DNA of 64,000 bases from an uncultured Hyphomicrobiales bacterium (GCA_964458605.1 CAYWLS010000016.1:29620-93619), one strand, 5' to 3'. Shown: positions 1 through 9,667, counted from the stretch's first letter. A program made the numbers and translations. Notes: generated from the sequence alone by a model not told the origin.

Positions 1-1064
1 ACGACAACGTGCTGCGCATCTCCTACGCGCTGGCCTATCACCAGGCCTATCGCGAGGGCCGCCGCACCCTGTTCGCGCTGCCGCTCTACCACGCCTTCGG
101 CCTGGTGGTGGGGGTGATCGCCTCGATCTGGTCCGGCGGCGCCATCGTGCCGCAGATGACCTTCGATCCGGCCACCACCTTCGCCGGCATCGAGAAGTTC
201 AAGGCCACCGACGCGCTGTTCGTGCCCACCATGTCGATGGCGCTGCTCGAGCATCCCGACCGCACCAAATACGATCTGTCCTCGCTGACCGGCGTGCTGT
301 CGGGTGCGGCGCCGACCCCGGCCAGCGTGTGGAAGCGGCTGATCGAGGCACTGGGGCTGACGGAGACCTTCACCGGCTACGGCATGACCGAGCTGAGCTG
401 CGCCACGGTACTGACCGCCTCGGGCGACGACCTGGCGCTGCTGGAGCGCACGGTAGGGCGCATCATCGATGCCGGCGCCGCCGCCCTGCCCGAGCACAAC
501 GGGCTGGTCGGTCAATACAAGACCTGCGATCCCTATACCGGCGAGCTGCTGCCCGACGGCGCCGAGGGCGAGCTGGTGTTCAAGGGGCCGACCGCCACCA
601 AGGGCTATTTCGAGCGGCCGGAGGAGACGGCGGCGCTGTTCCTCGAGGACGGCTGGCTGCGCTCGGGCGATCTGGGCCGCATCCGCCCGGACGGCTATAT
701 CGAGCTGACCGGCCGCTCCAAGGAACTCTACAAGACCGGCGGCGAGCTGGTGGCGCCCAAGGAGGTGGAAGCGGTGCTCGACCAGCATCCCGACGTGGCG
801 CAGTCCTACGTGATCGGCGTGCCGGACGACAAATGGGGCGAGATCGGCGCCGCCTGGGTGGTGCCCAAGGCCGGCGCGCGGCCCCAGCCCGAGGCACTGG
901 CGCAATGGTGCGCCGAGCGGCTGGCCAAGTACAAATGGCCGCGCCACGTGTTCCTGACCGATGCCGATTCCTTGCCGAAGACTCCCACCGGCAAGGTGCA
1001 GAAATTCGAGCTGGTCAAGCTGGCCCAGGCCAGGCTGAAGGAAGCGGCGCGCAAGAGCGCCTAG
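1..1064 (+). CDS. AMP-dependent acyl-CoA synthetase/ligase (ANL family), C-terminal ~350 aa; the 5' end lies outside the window
   Basis: ORF 9..1064 is open to the window edge. It carries ANL motifs TGYGMTE, GWLRSGDLG and GRSKELYKTGGELVAPKEVE, plus the C-terminal PKTPTGKVQK lysine motif. Confidence 0.9.
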   Translation, partial: DNVLRISYALAYHQAYREGRRTLFALPLYHAFGLVVGVIASIWSGGAIVPQMTFDPATTFAGIEKFKATDALFVPTMSMALLEHPDRTKYDLSSLTGVLSGAAPTPASVWKRLIEALGLTETFTGYGMTELSCATVLTASGDDLALLERTVGRIIDAGAAALPEHNGLVGQYKTCDPYTGELLPDGAEGELVFKGPTATKGYFERPEETAALFLEDGWLRSGDLGRIRPDGYIELTGRSKELYKTGGELVAPKEVEAVLDQHPDVAQSYVIGVPDDKWGEIGAAWVVPKAGARPQPEALAQWCAERLAKYKWPRHVFLTDADSLPKTPTGKVQKFELVKLAQARLKEAARKSA

Positions 1065-1576
1065 CCGCCCTCGCCCAGCGCCGCACGCACCCGCTCGGCG
1101 ATCTCCGCCGGCGGCGCATCGATATCGACCACGATGGCGCGTTCCTCCGGCGTCGGATGCTCCAATATGGCGAGCTGGCTGTCGAGCAGGCTGGGCGGCA
1201 TGTAGTGATCGCGCCGCGCCGCCATGCGGGTGCGGATCAGCCCGGGCGCGCCGCTCAGATGCACCAGCCGCACGCCCGTTCGTCCGTTCAGCAGCCGCTC
1301 GCGATAGGCCCGCTTCAGCGCCGAACACGTCACGACGCCGCCCACACCCTCTGCGCGCCAGCGATCGATCTGGGCGGCGATGCGGTCGAGCCACGGCCAG
1401 CGATCGGCGTCCTCCAGCGGCGTGCCGGCGCGCATCTTCGCCACGTTCTCGGGCGGATGCAGCACATCGCCTTCCTGGAACGCCACGCCCAAGGTCTCGG
1501 CCAGCGCCAGCGCCACCGTGGTCTTGCCGGCGCCGGCCACGCCCATCAGCAGCAAGATCGGCGGCGGCGCGCTCAT
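1061..1576 (-). CDS. gntK: gluconokinase
   Basis: Lies inside ORF 1061..1813. Start taken at Met80 (MSAPPPILLLMGVAGAGKTT, P-loop), 1 nt after the gnd stop. The upstream part of the ORF is an Arg-rich overlap with gnd. Confidence 0.8.
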   Translation of the reverse strand: MSAPPPILLLMGVAGAGKTTVALALAETLGVAFQEGDVLHPPENVAKMRAGTPLEDADRWPWLDRIAAQIDRWRAEGVGGVVTCSALKRAYRERLLNGRTGVRLVHLSGAPGLIRTRMAARRDHYMPPSLLDSQLAILEHPTPEERAIVVDIDAPPAEIAERVRAALGEGG

Positions 1577-1577
1577 C

Positions 1578-2591
1578 TCACGTCTTGGGCGGCTTGCGGG
1601 GTTCGAGATGGCCGCCGAAGGCATGGCGCATGGCCGACAGCAGCTTGTCGGCGATGTTGTCGCCCGCCCCGTCGCCAAGGCGCGAGCGGAAGCGCGCATG
1701 GAGCGCCGCCGACAGCACCGGCGCCGGCACCGCTTCCTCCACCGCCGTCTGCACCGTCCAGCGGCCCTCGCCCGAATCCTCGACATGGCCCGAATAGCCG
1801 TCGAGCCGCGCATCGGCCGCCAGCGCCGCCGATGTCAGGTCGAGCAGCCAGGACGACACCACGCTGCCGCGCCGCCACAGCTCGGCGATGTCGGCCAGGT
1901 CGAAATCGAAGCGCTGATCGGCCGGCAGCTTGTCGCTATTCGCCTGCTGCAGGATGGCGAAGCCCTCGGCATAGGCTTGCATCAGCCCGTACTCGATGCC
2001 GTTATGCACCATCTTGACGAAATGCCCGGCGCCGGCCGGCCCGCAATGCATGTAGCCGCGCGCGACCCGCGCATCGCGGCCCTCCCGCCGTGCCGTGGCG
2101 GCGATGTCGCCGCTGCCCGGCGCCAGCGCAGCGAAGATCGGATCGAGCCGCTGCACTGTCGCCGCATCGCCGCCGATCATCAGGCAATAGCCCCGATCGA
2201 GTCCCCACACGCCGCCGGAGGTGCCGCAATCGATGTAGGCGATGCCGCGCTCGCCCAGCATGGCGGCGCGCCGCACATCGTCCTTGAAGTAGGAATTGCC
2301 GCCATCGATCAGCGCGTCGCCCGCCTCGAGCAGTGCGGCGAGCTGGAACACCGCGCTCTCGGTGATGGCGCCGCTGGGCAGCATCAGCCACACCGCGCGC
2401 GGCTTGGCGAGCTGGCGCACCAGATCGGCCAGATCGCTGGCCGCCGCGATGCCCTCGCCCTGCAACGCCGCCACCGCCGCCGCATCGTGATCGAACGCCA
2501 CGCAGCGATGCCCCTGCCGCGCCAGCCGCCGCACGATATTGCCGCCCATGCGGCCCAGCCCGATCACGCCCAATTGCCTCTGCCCTTGCAT
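1578..2591 (-). CDS. gnd: 6-phosphogluconate dehydrogenase (decarboxylating), short form
   Basis: ORF 1578..2687, start taken at Met33 ([23 protein letters not shown] Rossmann motif). Also has [22 protein letters not shown], typical of 6PGDH. Confidence 0.85.
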   Translation of the reverse strand: MQGQRQLGVIGLGRMGGNIVRRLARQGHRCVAFDHDAAAVAALQGEGIAAASDLADLVRQLAKPRAVWLMLPSGAITESAVFQLAALLEAGDALIDGGNSYFKDDVRRAAMLGERGIAYIDCGTSGGVWGLDRGYCLMIGGDAATVQRLDPIFAALAPGSGDIAATARREGRDARVARGYMHCGPAGAGHFVKMVHNGIEYGLMQAYAEGFAILQQANSDKLPADQRFDFDLADIAELWRRGSVVSSWLLDLTSAALAADARLDGYSGHVEDSGEGRWTVQTAVEEAVPAPVLSAALHARFRSRLGDGAGDNIADKLLSAMRHAFGGHLEPRKPPKT

Positions 2592-2698
2592 CAGGCTTCC
2601 TCCCGCCGGCGTCTCGTTGCCCGAAGGCCGGCATGCTTGCCCCCAGGTCCCGATTGTTCCATGAATGGCGCCGCCGCTCGACAACAAGGTGACGCTTC

Positions 2699-2995
2699 GT
2701 GACCTATCTGCTGCTGTTCCTGGCCGGCGCGCTGCTGTGCAACGCCATCCCGCATCTGGCGGCGGGGCTGCGCGGCGAGCCCTTCCCGACGCCTTTCGCC
2801 AAGCCGCGCGGCGTCGGCCTGTCGCCGCCGCTGGTCAATTTCCTGTGGGGCCTGCTCAACCTGGTGGTCGGGCTGTGGCTGGCGGCGGAGCGGCCGTTTG
2901 CGCTGGGCGTCAACGTCGCTCGCCCTGCTGGCCGGGGCGCTTGGCATCGGCATCTACCTGTCGCTGCATTTCGCCAAGGTGCGGCGCGACCGTGA
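2699..2995 (+). CDS. small hydrophobic membrane protein, possibly frameshifted near 2915
   Basis: GTG-start ORF with two hydrophobic helices ([32 protein letters not shown]). The C-terminal 25 aa are Arg/Ala-rich, while the +1 frame from 2916 reads a third helix, [28 protein letters not shown], ending at 3002. Confidence 0.4.
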   Translation: MTYLLLFLAGALLCNAIPHLAAGLRGEPFPTPFAKPRGVGLSPPLVNFLWGLLNLVVGLWLAAERPFALGVNVARPAGRGAWHRHLPVAAFRQGAARP

Positions 2996-3008
2996 AGGCT
3001 GATCGACG

Positions 3009-4220
3009 CTACTTCGCCAGGCAGCTCTGCGCCGTCCAGCAGAACAGCCATTCCATGGCGTCGTAGTAGCGTTCCGGCGAGCGATCCTTCCACAGCTCGT
3101 TGCGCACCAGCCGCTCCACGTCCTTGGCGTGGTAGATGCGGCCCATCTCGCGCGAGGACAGCACGATGCGGGCGGTGCGCGCCACGCGCGAGCGCTGGTA
3201 GAGCTCGAAGGCCGGCGCGAACTCGTCGCCGCTGACGCGCAGCGCCTCGCCCAGGGTCACCGCGTCCTCCACCGCCATGCAGGCGCCCTGCGCCATGTAT
3301 TGCAAAGTGGCGTGCGCGGCATCGCCCAGCAGGGTGACGCGGCCATAGTTCCATTGCGCGATCGGCTCGCGGTCGGCGGTGGCCCAGCGCGTCCAGTCCT
3401 TGGGCAGGTCGATGAGCTGGCGCGCCTTGGCGCAGATGCCGTCGAAATAGCTCTGCACCTCGTCGCGGCTGCCGATGCGCACGCCCCATTCCTCGCGCTC
3501 GCGGCTGTGGAAGGTCACCACCACGTTGTATTGCGCGCCGCCGCGCAGCGGGTAATGCACCAGGTGGCAGTTGGGCCCGACCCAGATGCTGGCGGCGTTC
3601 CATTGCAGGTCGGCCGGGAAGTCCTTCCTGTCGACGACGGCGCGATAGACCACATGGCCCGAGACCCGCGCCTCGTCGCCGACATATTGCCGGCGCACCG
3701 CCGACTTCACGCCGTCGGCGCCGATCAGCGCCATGCCGCGATGGCGATTGCCCTTGGCGTCGATGGCCGTGACGCTTGCCTCGTCCTGCTCGACGCGCTG
3801 CACCTGGGTCGAGGTCAGCAGCGCGATGCTGCCGGCCGCCCGCGCGCCGTCCAGCAGCGCATCGTGCACGTCGGCGCGATGGATCACGGCATAGGGATTG
3901 CCGAAGCGGGCGCGAAACGCCGCGCCGGTCGGGATGCGGCCGACGACGGATTCGTCGAGCGCGTCGTGCATCACCATCTCGTCGGTATAGACCGCGCGCG
4001 AGCGGGCGAATTCGCCGATGCCCAGCGCGTCGAACGCCGCGAACCCATTCGGCCCGACCTGCAGCCCGGCGCCGATCTCGCCAAGCTGCGCGGCCTGCTC
4101 CAGCACCGTGACGGCAAAGCCGCGCCGCGCCAGGGCCAGCGCGGCGGCGATGCCGCCGATGCCGCCGCCCGCCACCAGCACCGGCAGATCGGATCTCAGG
4201 TCGGATCTAGGGCGTGGCAT
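3009..4220 (-). CDS. FAD-dependent aromatic-ring hydroxylase (3-hydroxybenzoate 6-hydroxylase / salicylate hydroxylase family)
   Basis: GGGIGG dinucleotide fold at the N-terminus, ADGVKS, LLGDAAHATLQYMAQGACMAVEDA (GDAAH motif); ~400 aa. Confidence 0.85.
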   Translation of the reverse strand: MPRPRSDLRSDLPVLVAGGGIGGIAAALALARRGFAVTVLEQAAQLGEIGAGLQVGPNGFAAFDALGIGEFARSRAVYTDEMVMHDALDESVVGRIPTGAAFRARFGNPYAVIHRADVHDALLDGARAAGSIALLTSTQVQRVEQDEASVTAIDAKGNRHRGMALIGADGVKSAVRRQYVGDEARVSGHVVYRAVVDRKDFPADLQWNAASIWVGPNCHLVHYPLRGGAQYNVVVTFHSREREEWGVRIGSRDEVQSYFDGICAKARQLIDLPKDWTRWATADREPIAQWNYGRVTLLGDAAHATLQYMAQGACMAVEDAVTLGEALRVSGDEFAPAFELYQRSRVARTARIVLSSREMGRIYHAKDVERLVRNELWKDRSPERYYDAMEWLFCWTAQSCLAK

Positions 4221-4998
4221 AGCCGCCGCTCACCGAGATCACCTGGCCCGAGACATGGCCCGCCATTTTGTCGGAGGCGAAGAACAGCACCGCGTTGGCG
4301 ATGTCGGCGGCGGTGCCCAGCTTGCCCAGCGGCACCGCCTTGCGCGAGGTCTCGAACTGCGCCTCGGAGAACACCGCGCCGTCCTCCGCCCACAAACTGT
4401 CGCGGCCGACATCCTCGCGGCTGGCCGGCGGGATCACGCCCGGCGCCACCACGTTGCAGCGGATGTTGTAGCGGCCGAACTCCTTGGCGATGGCTTTGGC
4501 GAAGGTGTTGACCCCGCCCTTGGCCGCGCCATAGACCGCGTTGCGCTTCTCGCCGAAGCTGGCGTCGGAGGAGATGCACACCACCGCGCCGGCCCGATTC
4601 GGCACCATGCGCTCCAGCGCCGCCTTGGTGGCGTGGATCGTGCCCATCAGGTTGATGCCGATTACCCGCTGCCAGTAGTCCGGCTTCTGGTCGGAGAAAT
4701 ATTGCGGCCGGTCCCAGCCGGCATTGTTGACCAGCACGTCGATGCGATCGTGCGCCCGCTCCGCCGCATCGACCAGCCGCTCGACATCCTCGAAGCTGGT
4801 GACGTCGGCCCGCACCACCTCGACCCTCGCGCCGTGACGCTGGCGCGCCAGCTTCGCCGTGGCCTCGGCCTGGTCGCGATCGATGTCGCCCAAGGTGATG
4901 CGCGCGCCCTCGGCGGCGAAGGCCAGCACGATGCCGCGGCCGATATTCGAACCGCCGCCGGTGATCAGCACCGACTTGCCGGCAAACCCCAGATCCAT
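4207..4998 (-). CDS. short-chain dehydrogenase/reductase (SDR)
   Basis: ORF 4207..5040, start at Met15 (MDLGFAGKSVLITGGGSNIGRG = TGxxxGIG). Contains NNAG and YGAAK (YxxxK). Overlaps the start of the hydroxylase by 14 nt. Confidence 0.85.
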   Translation of the reverse strand: MDLGFAGKSVLITGGGSNIGRGIVLAFAAEGARITLGDIDRDQAEATAKLARQRHGARVEVVRADVTSFEDVERLVDAAERAHDRIDVLVNNAGWDRPQYFSDQKPDYWQRVIGINLMGTIHATKAALERMVPNRAGAVVCISSDASFGEKRNAVYGAAKGGVNTFAKAIAKEFGRYNIRCNVVAPGVIPPASREDVGRDSLWAEDGAVFSEAQFETSRKAVPLGKLGTAADIANAVLFFASDKMAGHVSGQVISVSGGYATP

Positions 4999-5191
4999 TC
5001 CCGTCCTCCCTCGCTTTGGCCGCAGCCTAGCGCGGCGCAAGCCGCCGCCGGCAGCCTATTCCGCCGCTGCCATCGCGTTGCGGCATGGCCCGGATCCGGA
5101 TCGCTCGCAATGCGGGATTGGCCTGGAAGCGAAGCGCCCCGGAGCAGGCTCTGCCCCGGGGCACAGGATTGCCTGTCCGATACGGCCGTCC

Positions 5192-6079
5192 CTACCGACG
5201 ATCGCCGCGGCACCTCACCTCGCCCGGGCGGTCGTTGACCACGTCGCAGCGGGCATTGTTGGGCAGGTCGCGCACCACGCGCCAATGGTCGGGCGTGCGA
5301 TCGCCGCGGTCGTGGGCGGTGATATAGCCGCAGATCATGTTGTTGTTCTCGATCCACACCCGCCAGAAGCGCAAGGTCTCCGCACCCATCGCCTTCCACG
5401 GCCCGTCGTCGCCGACCACGTCGGCGGTGGCGCGCACATTGGCGGGGCACTTGAAGGCGTCGAAGCGCGGCGGCCGGATGCGGGTCTGATCGCAGACCAG
5501 GGCAACGCTGTCGATATAGAGACCCCAGCGGCCGACCAGCGCGCTGCCCACCGCATTGGCCGGACACCAGCCGGCCGGGTCGTTGGGGCCGCGACGATCG
5601 GAGCCGGGTCGGCTGCCGCCGGCGCCGATCGAACCGACCGTCTCGAAGCGGTTGGCGCGATCGTTCCAGCGCTGGCAGCGCAGGACGATCTCGTGCACGT
5701 AGTTGGCGCCGGCGAAGACCTGGACGCCGGGGAAATTGTAGGAGCGCGCGTTCCAGCTGCCGCCGAGGCCGGTGACCAGCGACCCCGCCGGACAGATCTG
5801 CTGCACGCGACGGCCGCCGCCGCCATTGCCGACCGTATAGATATCGCCGACCAGTTCGTTGTTGCGGACCCTGCGGCAGATCACCTGCACGCCGTTGAGG
5901 AAATTGTCGACCCAGGCGTTGATGCCGACGATCGCGCCATCCTCGCCGCAATCGAGCCGATAGGGGCTGCCGCCATTGCCGCCCATCGGCGCCGTCCGCG
6001 TTTCCTGCGCCAGCGCGGTGCCGGCCAGCAGCAGGCAGGCGGCCGCGCCGGCCAATACGATGCGAATCAAGGACCTCAT
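5192..6079 (-). CDS. secreted Cys-rich protein of unknown function with GGxGG-containing internal repeats (tentatively jacalin-like beta-prism)
   Basis: Start at Met13 of ORF 5192..6115, preceded by GGGAGG. Signal peptide MRSLIRIVLAGAAACLLLAGTALA. Three segments begin GGNGG / GNGGGG / GAGGS, each followed by spaced Cys and hydrophobic-G-hydrophobic patterns. Confidence 0.6.
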   Translation of the reverse strand: MRSLIRIVLAGAAACLLLAGTALAQETRTAPMGGNGGSPYRLDCGEDGAIVGINAWVDNFLNGVQVICRRVRNNELVGDIYTVGNGGGGRRVQQICPAGSLVTGLGGSWNARSYNFPGVQVFAGANYVHEIVLRCQRWNDRANRFETVGSIGAGGSRPGSDRRGPNDPAGWCPANAVGSALVGRWGLYIDSVALVCDQTRIRPPRFDAFKCPANVRATADVVGDDGPWKAMGAETLRFWRVWIENNNMICGYITAHDRGDRTPDHWRVVRDLPNNARCDVVNDRPGEVRCRGDRR

Positions 6080-6280
6080 GAAAACCTCCCGGAAGATTTC
6101 ATCGACGACGATCAAAGCTTAACGCAGCGGCACGCAAAATGTGCCAAACCGCAACGGGCGATGCGAGCGCGAAGCAGCCGCGCCCATTCCCGCCATTCCA
6201 TCTTGAGGGCGGGATTCTGAATTAAATGTGGCAAGCGGCAGCCGGGCGCGATGCCTTGGAAAAGTACCCGACCGTCCTTG

Positions 6281-6332
6281 CCGAACAGCCTCACCGAACA
6301 GCCTCGCCAAACGGCCTCGCCGGACGGCGCTC
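6281..6332. repeat. degenerate 13-bp tandem repeat, ~4 copies
   Basis: ccgaacagcctca / ccgaacagcctcg / ccaaacggcctcg / ccggacggcgctc, read directly in the intergenic region. Confidence 0.8.
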
Positions 6333-6355
6333 CCCGCCCATTTGACTCGCGCCGG

Positions 6356-6375
6356 AAATGAATCTAGATTCATTT
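6356..6375. promoter_or_regulatory. perfect 20-bp palindrome, candidate TetR operator
   Basis: AAATGAATCT|AGATTCATTT sits 22 nt upstream of the tetR ATG (6398) in an otherwise GC-rich intergenic region. Confidence 0.6.
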
Positions 6376-6397
6376 TCCCTGAAGATTGGTTCACACC

Positions 6398-7048
6398 ATG
6401 GCCCTGGCCCAGCTGCGCCGCCGGCAGATCGAGGACACGCTCAACCGCATCCTCGCCGTCACCCGCGCGTTGATCGCCGAGGGCGGCTGGGCTGCGGCGC
6501 AGATCTCGGTGATCGCCGACCGCGCCGGCCTGGCCACCGGCTCGATCTATCGCTACTTCGATTCCAAGGTCGATCTGTGCGTCCAGGTGCTGGCGCAGGT
6601 CTCCGAACGCGAAGCCCAGGTCGCCGCCGCGATCATCGATTCGACCGGTTCCCCCGGAGGCGACGCCGCATCGCGCCTGCACGACGTGGTGGCGACTTTC
6701 GTGCGCCGTGCCGCGCGCCAGTCGCGGCTGGCCTATGCCTTGATCGCCGAGCCGTGCGAGCCGGCGCTGGACGAGGCGCGTCTGCAATATCGCGACGCGC
6801 TGGCGCGGCAGATCGCCCGCCTGCTCGAGGAAGGCCGCGACAGCGGCGCCTTCGTCGATGCGCCGGCCGAGGTGCTGTCGACCTGCATTGCCGGCGCCAT
6901 GATGGAGCCGCTGATCCGCCCGCTGGCGCGCGCCGGCCGCCCATCGAAGGCCGAGATCGACGCCCTGGCCGAGCAGGTCGCCGCCGCCTGCGTGCGCATG
7001 GTGCGCGCGCCGGGTCCTCGCCTTCGTGCGCCACGGAGGAGCAAATGA
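6398..7048 (+). CDS. TetR/AcrR family transcriptional regulator
   Basis: HTH region ISVIADRAGLATGSIYRYFDSKVDL. Its stop overlaps the next start (ATGA at 7045-7048). Confidence 0.9.
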   Translation: MALAQLRRRQIEDTLNRILAVTRALIAEGGWAAAQISVIADRAGLATGSIYRYFDSKVDLCVQVLAQVSEREAQVAAAIIDSTGSPGGDAASRLHDVVATFVRRAARQSRLAYALIAEPCEPALDEARLQYRDALARQIARLLEEGRDSGAFVDAPAEVLSTCIAGAMMEPLIRPLARAGRPSKAEIDALAEQVAAACVRMVRAPGPRLRAPRRSK

Positions 7049-8661
7049 GCACGCATCAGGTCCTGAACCAGGCCCGGCCCGCCACCGGCTTCAACGCCTT
7101 CGAGGGCGACGCCGTGCTGCGCGAGCAGGTGCAGCGCCATGCGCCGTGGAGCGCCGATCGCGCCACGCGGCTGGGAGCGCTGGCCGGCGACGAACAGACA
7201 CAGGAGGCAGCCCGCCTGGCCAACGAATACGGGCCGCAACTCAAAAGCCACGACCGCTTCGGCAACCGGCTCGACTGGGTCGAATTCCATCCGGCCTGGC
7301 ACCAATTGATGGGCCTGGCCTTCGGCAGCGGCGTTCATAGTCTCGCCTGGACCGCGCCACAGCCCGGCGGCCACTTTGCCCGCGCCGTGCTGAGCTATCT
7401 GTGGAACCAGGTCGAGAACGGCGTCGGCTGCCCCACCGGCATGGCCTATGCGGCGGCGGCGGGCTTCGCCGACCGGCCCGCGTTCAAGCTATGGCACGAC
7501 AAGACGATCGCGCCCGACTACGACCCGCGCCGCCTGCCGCTGCACCGGAAGAAGGCGGCGGTGATCGGCTATGCCATGACCGAGAAGCAAGGCGGCTCCG
7601 ATCTGCGCCAGACCCAGACCACCGCCGAGTTCGCCGGCACGGAGAACGGCGCCGACATCTACCTGATCACCGGCCATAAATGGTTCTTCTCGGTGCCGAC
7701 CAGCGACGGCTTCTACACGCTCGCTCGAACCAGATCCGGCGTGAGCTGCCTGTTCGTGCCGCGCATCCATGACGACGGCAGCCTCAACCGCGTGTTCATC
7801 CAGCGGCTGAAGGACAAATGCGGCAATCGCTCCAATGCTTCGAGCGAAGTGGAGTTCGACCAGACCCGCGCGCTGCTGGTCGGCGAGGAAGGCCGCGGCA
7901 TCGCCGAGATCCTGAGCCATGCGCATCTGACGCGGCTGGATTTCGCCGTCGGCTCGGCCGGGCTGATGCGCCAGGCGCTGACCCTGGCGCTCAACCATGC
8001 CGGCACGCGCAACGGCTTTGGCCAGCGCATGGCCGAGCTGCCGATGCAGGCCAATGTGCTGGCCGACATGGCGCTGGAGAGCGAGGCCGCCACCTTGTCG
8101 GCGCTGCGTGTGGCCCGCGCCACCGATGCGATGGAAACGAACGCGCAGGAGCGGCTGCTGGCCCGCGTCGCCACGCCGGTGGTGAAGTTCTGGAACTGCC
8201 AGCGCGCCGCCTATTTCGTCTACGAGGCGGTGCAGGTGCATGGCGGCAACGGCTTCATCATGGAGAACCCGGTGGCGCGGCTCTATCGCGAGGCGCCGCT
8301 CAACTCGATCTGGGAAGGCACCTCCAACATGATGTGCATGGACGTGCTGCGGGCGCTCAGCCGCGAGCCCGGCGCGCGCGAGGCCTTCATGGCGGAAGTG
8401 GCCGCCGTGCCGCAGGACGGCTTCATGGGCCGGCTGGGCGACGACCTGGCCTCGCGCGTGAACGACGAAGGCAGCGCCCGCGCGCTGGTGACGCGCATGG
8501 CTCTCGCCTTGCAAGCCAGCGAGATGCTGAAGCACAGCCCTCAGGCGGTGGCGCAGCGCTTCATCGACTCGCGGCTGGGCGGCCAGCATGCCGGCATCAT
8601 GGGCTCGCTGGCCAACGGCCCCGACCTGGCCGATATCGTGGCCCGCGCCGCCGTGGCGTAA
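7045..8661 (+). CDS. aidB: AidB-like acyl-CoA dehydrogenase family protein
   Basis: Met230 of ORF 6358..8661; 538 aa. Matches my recollection of E. coli AidB: FHPAWHQLM, GYAMTEKQGGSDLRQTQT, GHKWFFSVP, RLKDKCGNRSNASSEVEF, YREAPLNSIWEGTSNMMCMDVLRAL. Confidence 0.8.
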   Translation: MSTHQVLNQARPATGFNAFEGDAVLREQVQRHAPWSADRATRLGALAGDEQTQEAARLANEYGPQLKSHDRFGNRLDWVEFHPAWHQLMGLAFGSGVHSLAWTAPQPGGHFARAVLSYLWNQVENGVGCPTGMAYAAAAGFADRPAFKLWHDKTIAPDYDPRRLPLHRKKAAVIGYAMTEKQGGSDLRQTQTTAEFAGTENGADIYLITGHKWFFSVPTSDGFYTLARTRSGVSCLFVPRIHDDGSLNRVFIQRLKDKCGNRSNASSEVEFDQTRALLVGEEGRGIAEILSHAHLTRLDFAVGSAGLMRQALTLALNHAGTRNGFGQRMAELPMQANVLADMALESEAATLSALRVARATDAMETNAQERLLARVATPVVKFWNCQRAAYFVYEAVQVHGGNGFIMENPVARLYREAPLNSIWEGTSNMMCMDVLRALSREPGAREAFMAEVAAVPQDGFMGRLGDDLASRVNDEGSARALVTRMALALQASEMLKHSPQAVAQRFIDSRLGGQHAGIMGSLANGPDLADIVARAAVA

Positions 8662-8708
8662 GGAACAAACCCCATGCAAACATCGCCGTGAGCAAGGTGA
8701 AGGCCGCC

Positions 8709-9142
8709 ATGTCGCCGCAGGAGTGGCAGACGCGCATCGATCTGGCCGCCTGCTACCGGCTGATGGCGCTCTATGGCATGACCGACCTGATCTACAACCA
8801 CATCGGCGCCCGCATCCCCGGCGCCGCGGAGCACTGCCTGATCGACCCCTACGGCATGCGAGGAGATCACCGCCTCGAGCCTGGTGACGATCGACGTCGA
8901 AGGCAACACGCTGCTGCAGCCCGACCATGGCTACAACGCCAACGTGGCGGGCTTCTATCCAGGCGGCCATCGACAACACGGTGAGCAGCTTCCGCGGCAG
9001 CGAGATCACCCTGCTCGACCAAGCTGCCGCCAACCCGACCCTGAACGCCCGGGCGGGATCCGACAGCGGCGGCTACGGCGCGCTGGAGTGGCCGGCGCTG
9101 CTGCGCAAGCTCGACCGCGCCGATCCGGTCTGGCGGCAGCAA
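8709..9142 (+). pseudogene. decayed class II aldolase/adducin-family gene (frameshift plus internal deletion)
   Basis: The N-terminus MSPQEWQTRIDLAACYRLMALYGMTDLIYNHIGARIPGAAEHCLIDPYGM is in frame 0. EEITASSLVTIDVEGNTLLQPDHGYNANVAGF follows in a second frame. IQAAIDNTV...GALEWPALLRKLDRADPVWRQ follows in a third frame. The total is ~145 codons, against ~250 expected for the family. Confidence 0.7.
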
Positions 9143-9190
9143 GCATGTGTGCGCGTCACCGCGCCTCTTGGGGGAGGGGCGAGAAAGCCG

Positions 9191-9667
9191 TCACTCCGCG
9201 CCGCCCGGCGGTCCCGCAAAGAACGCCTGCAGCACGGGACGCTGGCCCTTGGTGATCCTGGCGAGCGCGGTTGCTTCGCCGAACCACTGGGCGCGATCGA
9301 CCTCGGGGAAGGATTGCCGGCGGCCCGAGTTGGGCGGCCATATCATCTCGAAGCTATTGCTGCTGAGCGCGGCGGGATCGCAATCGCCCTGGCGCGCGAA
9401 GACACGCAGCGTCTTGCCGCCGCTCAAGCGGAACAGACCCAGGTCGCGATAGGCGTCGTCGTCGGCCAGCGCAAAGCCGGTCTCCTCGGCGAATTCGCGG
9501 CGCGCCGCCACGAGCGGATCCTCGCCGGGATCGATCAGCCCTTTGGGGATCGACCAGACCTGGTCGTCCTTCTTGGCCCAGAACGGCCCGCCCGGATGCG
9601 CCAGGAACACCTCGACCGCACGCTTGCCCCGGCGATACAGCAGAATGCCGGCAGAGAGCTGGGGCAC
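9191..9667 (-). CDS. NUDIX hydrolase
   Basis: Nudix box GLIDPGEDPLVAARREFAEETG (GX5EX7REUXEEXGU pattern). Confidence 0.85.
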   Translation of the reverse strand: MPQLSAGILLYRRGKRAVEVFLAHPGGPFWAKKDDQVWSIPKGLIDPGEDPLVAARREFAEETGFALADDDAYRDLGLFRLSGGKTLRVFARQGDCDPAALSSNSFEMIWPPNSGRRQSFPEVDRAQWFGEATALARITKGQRPVLQAFFAGPPGGAE

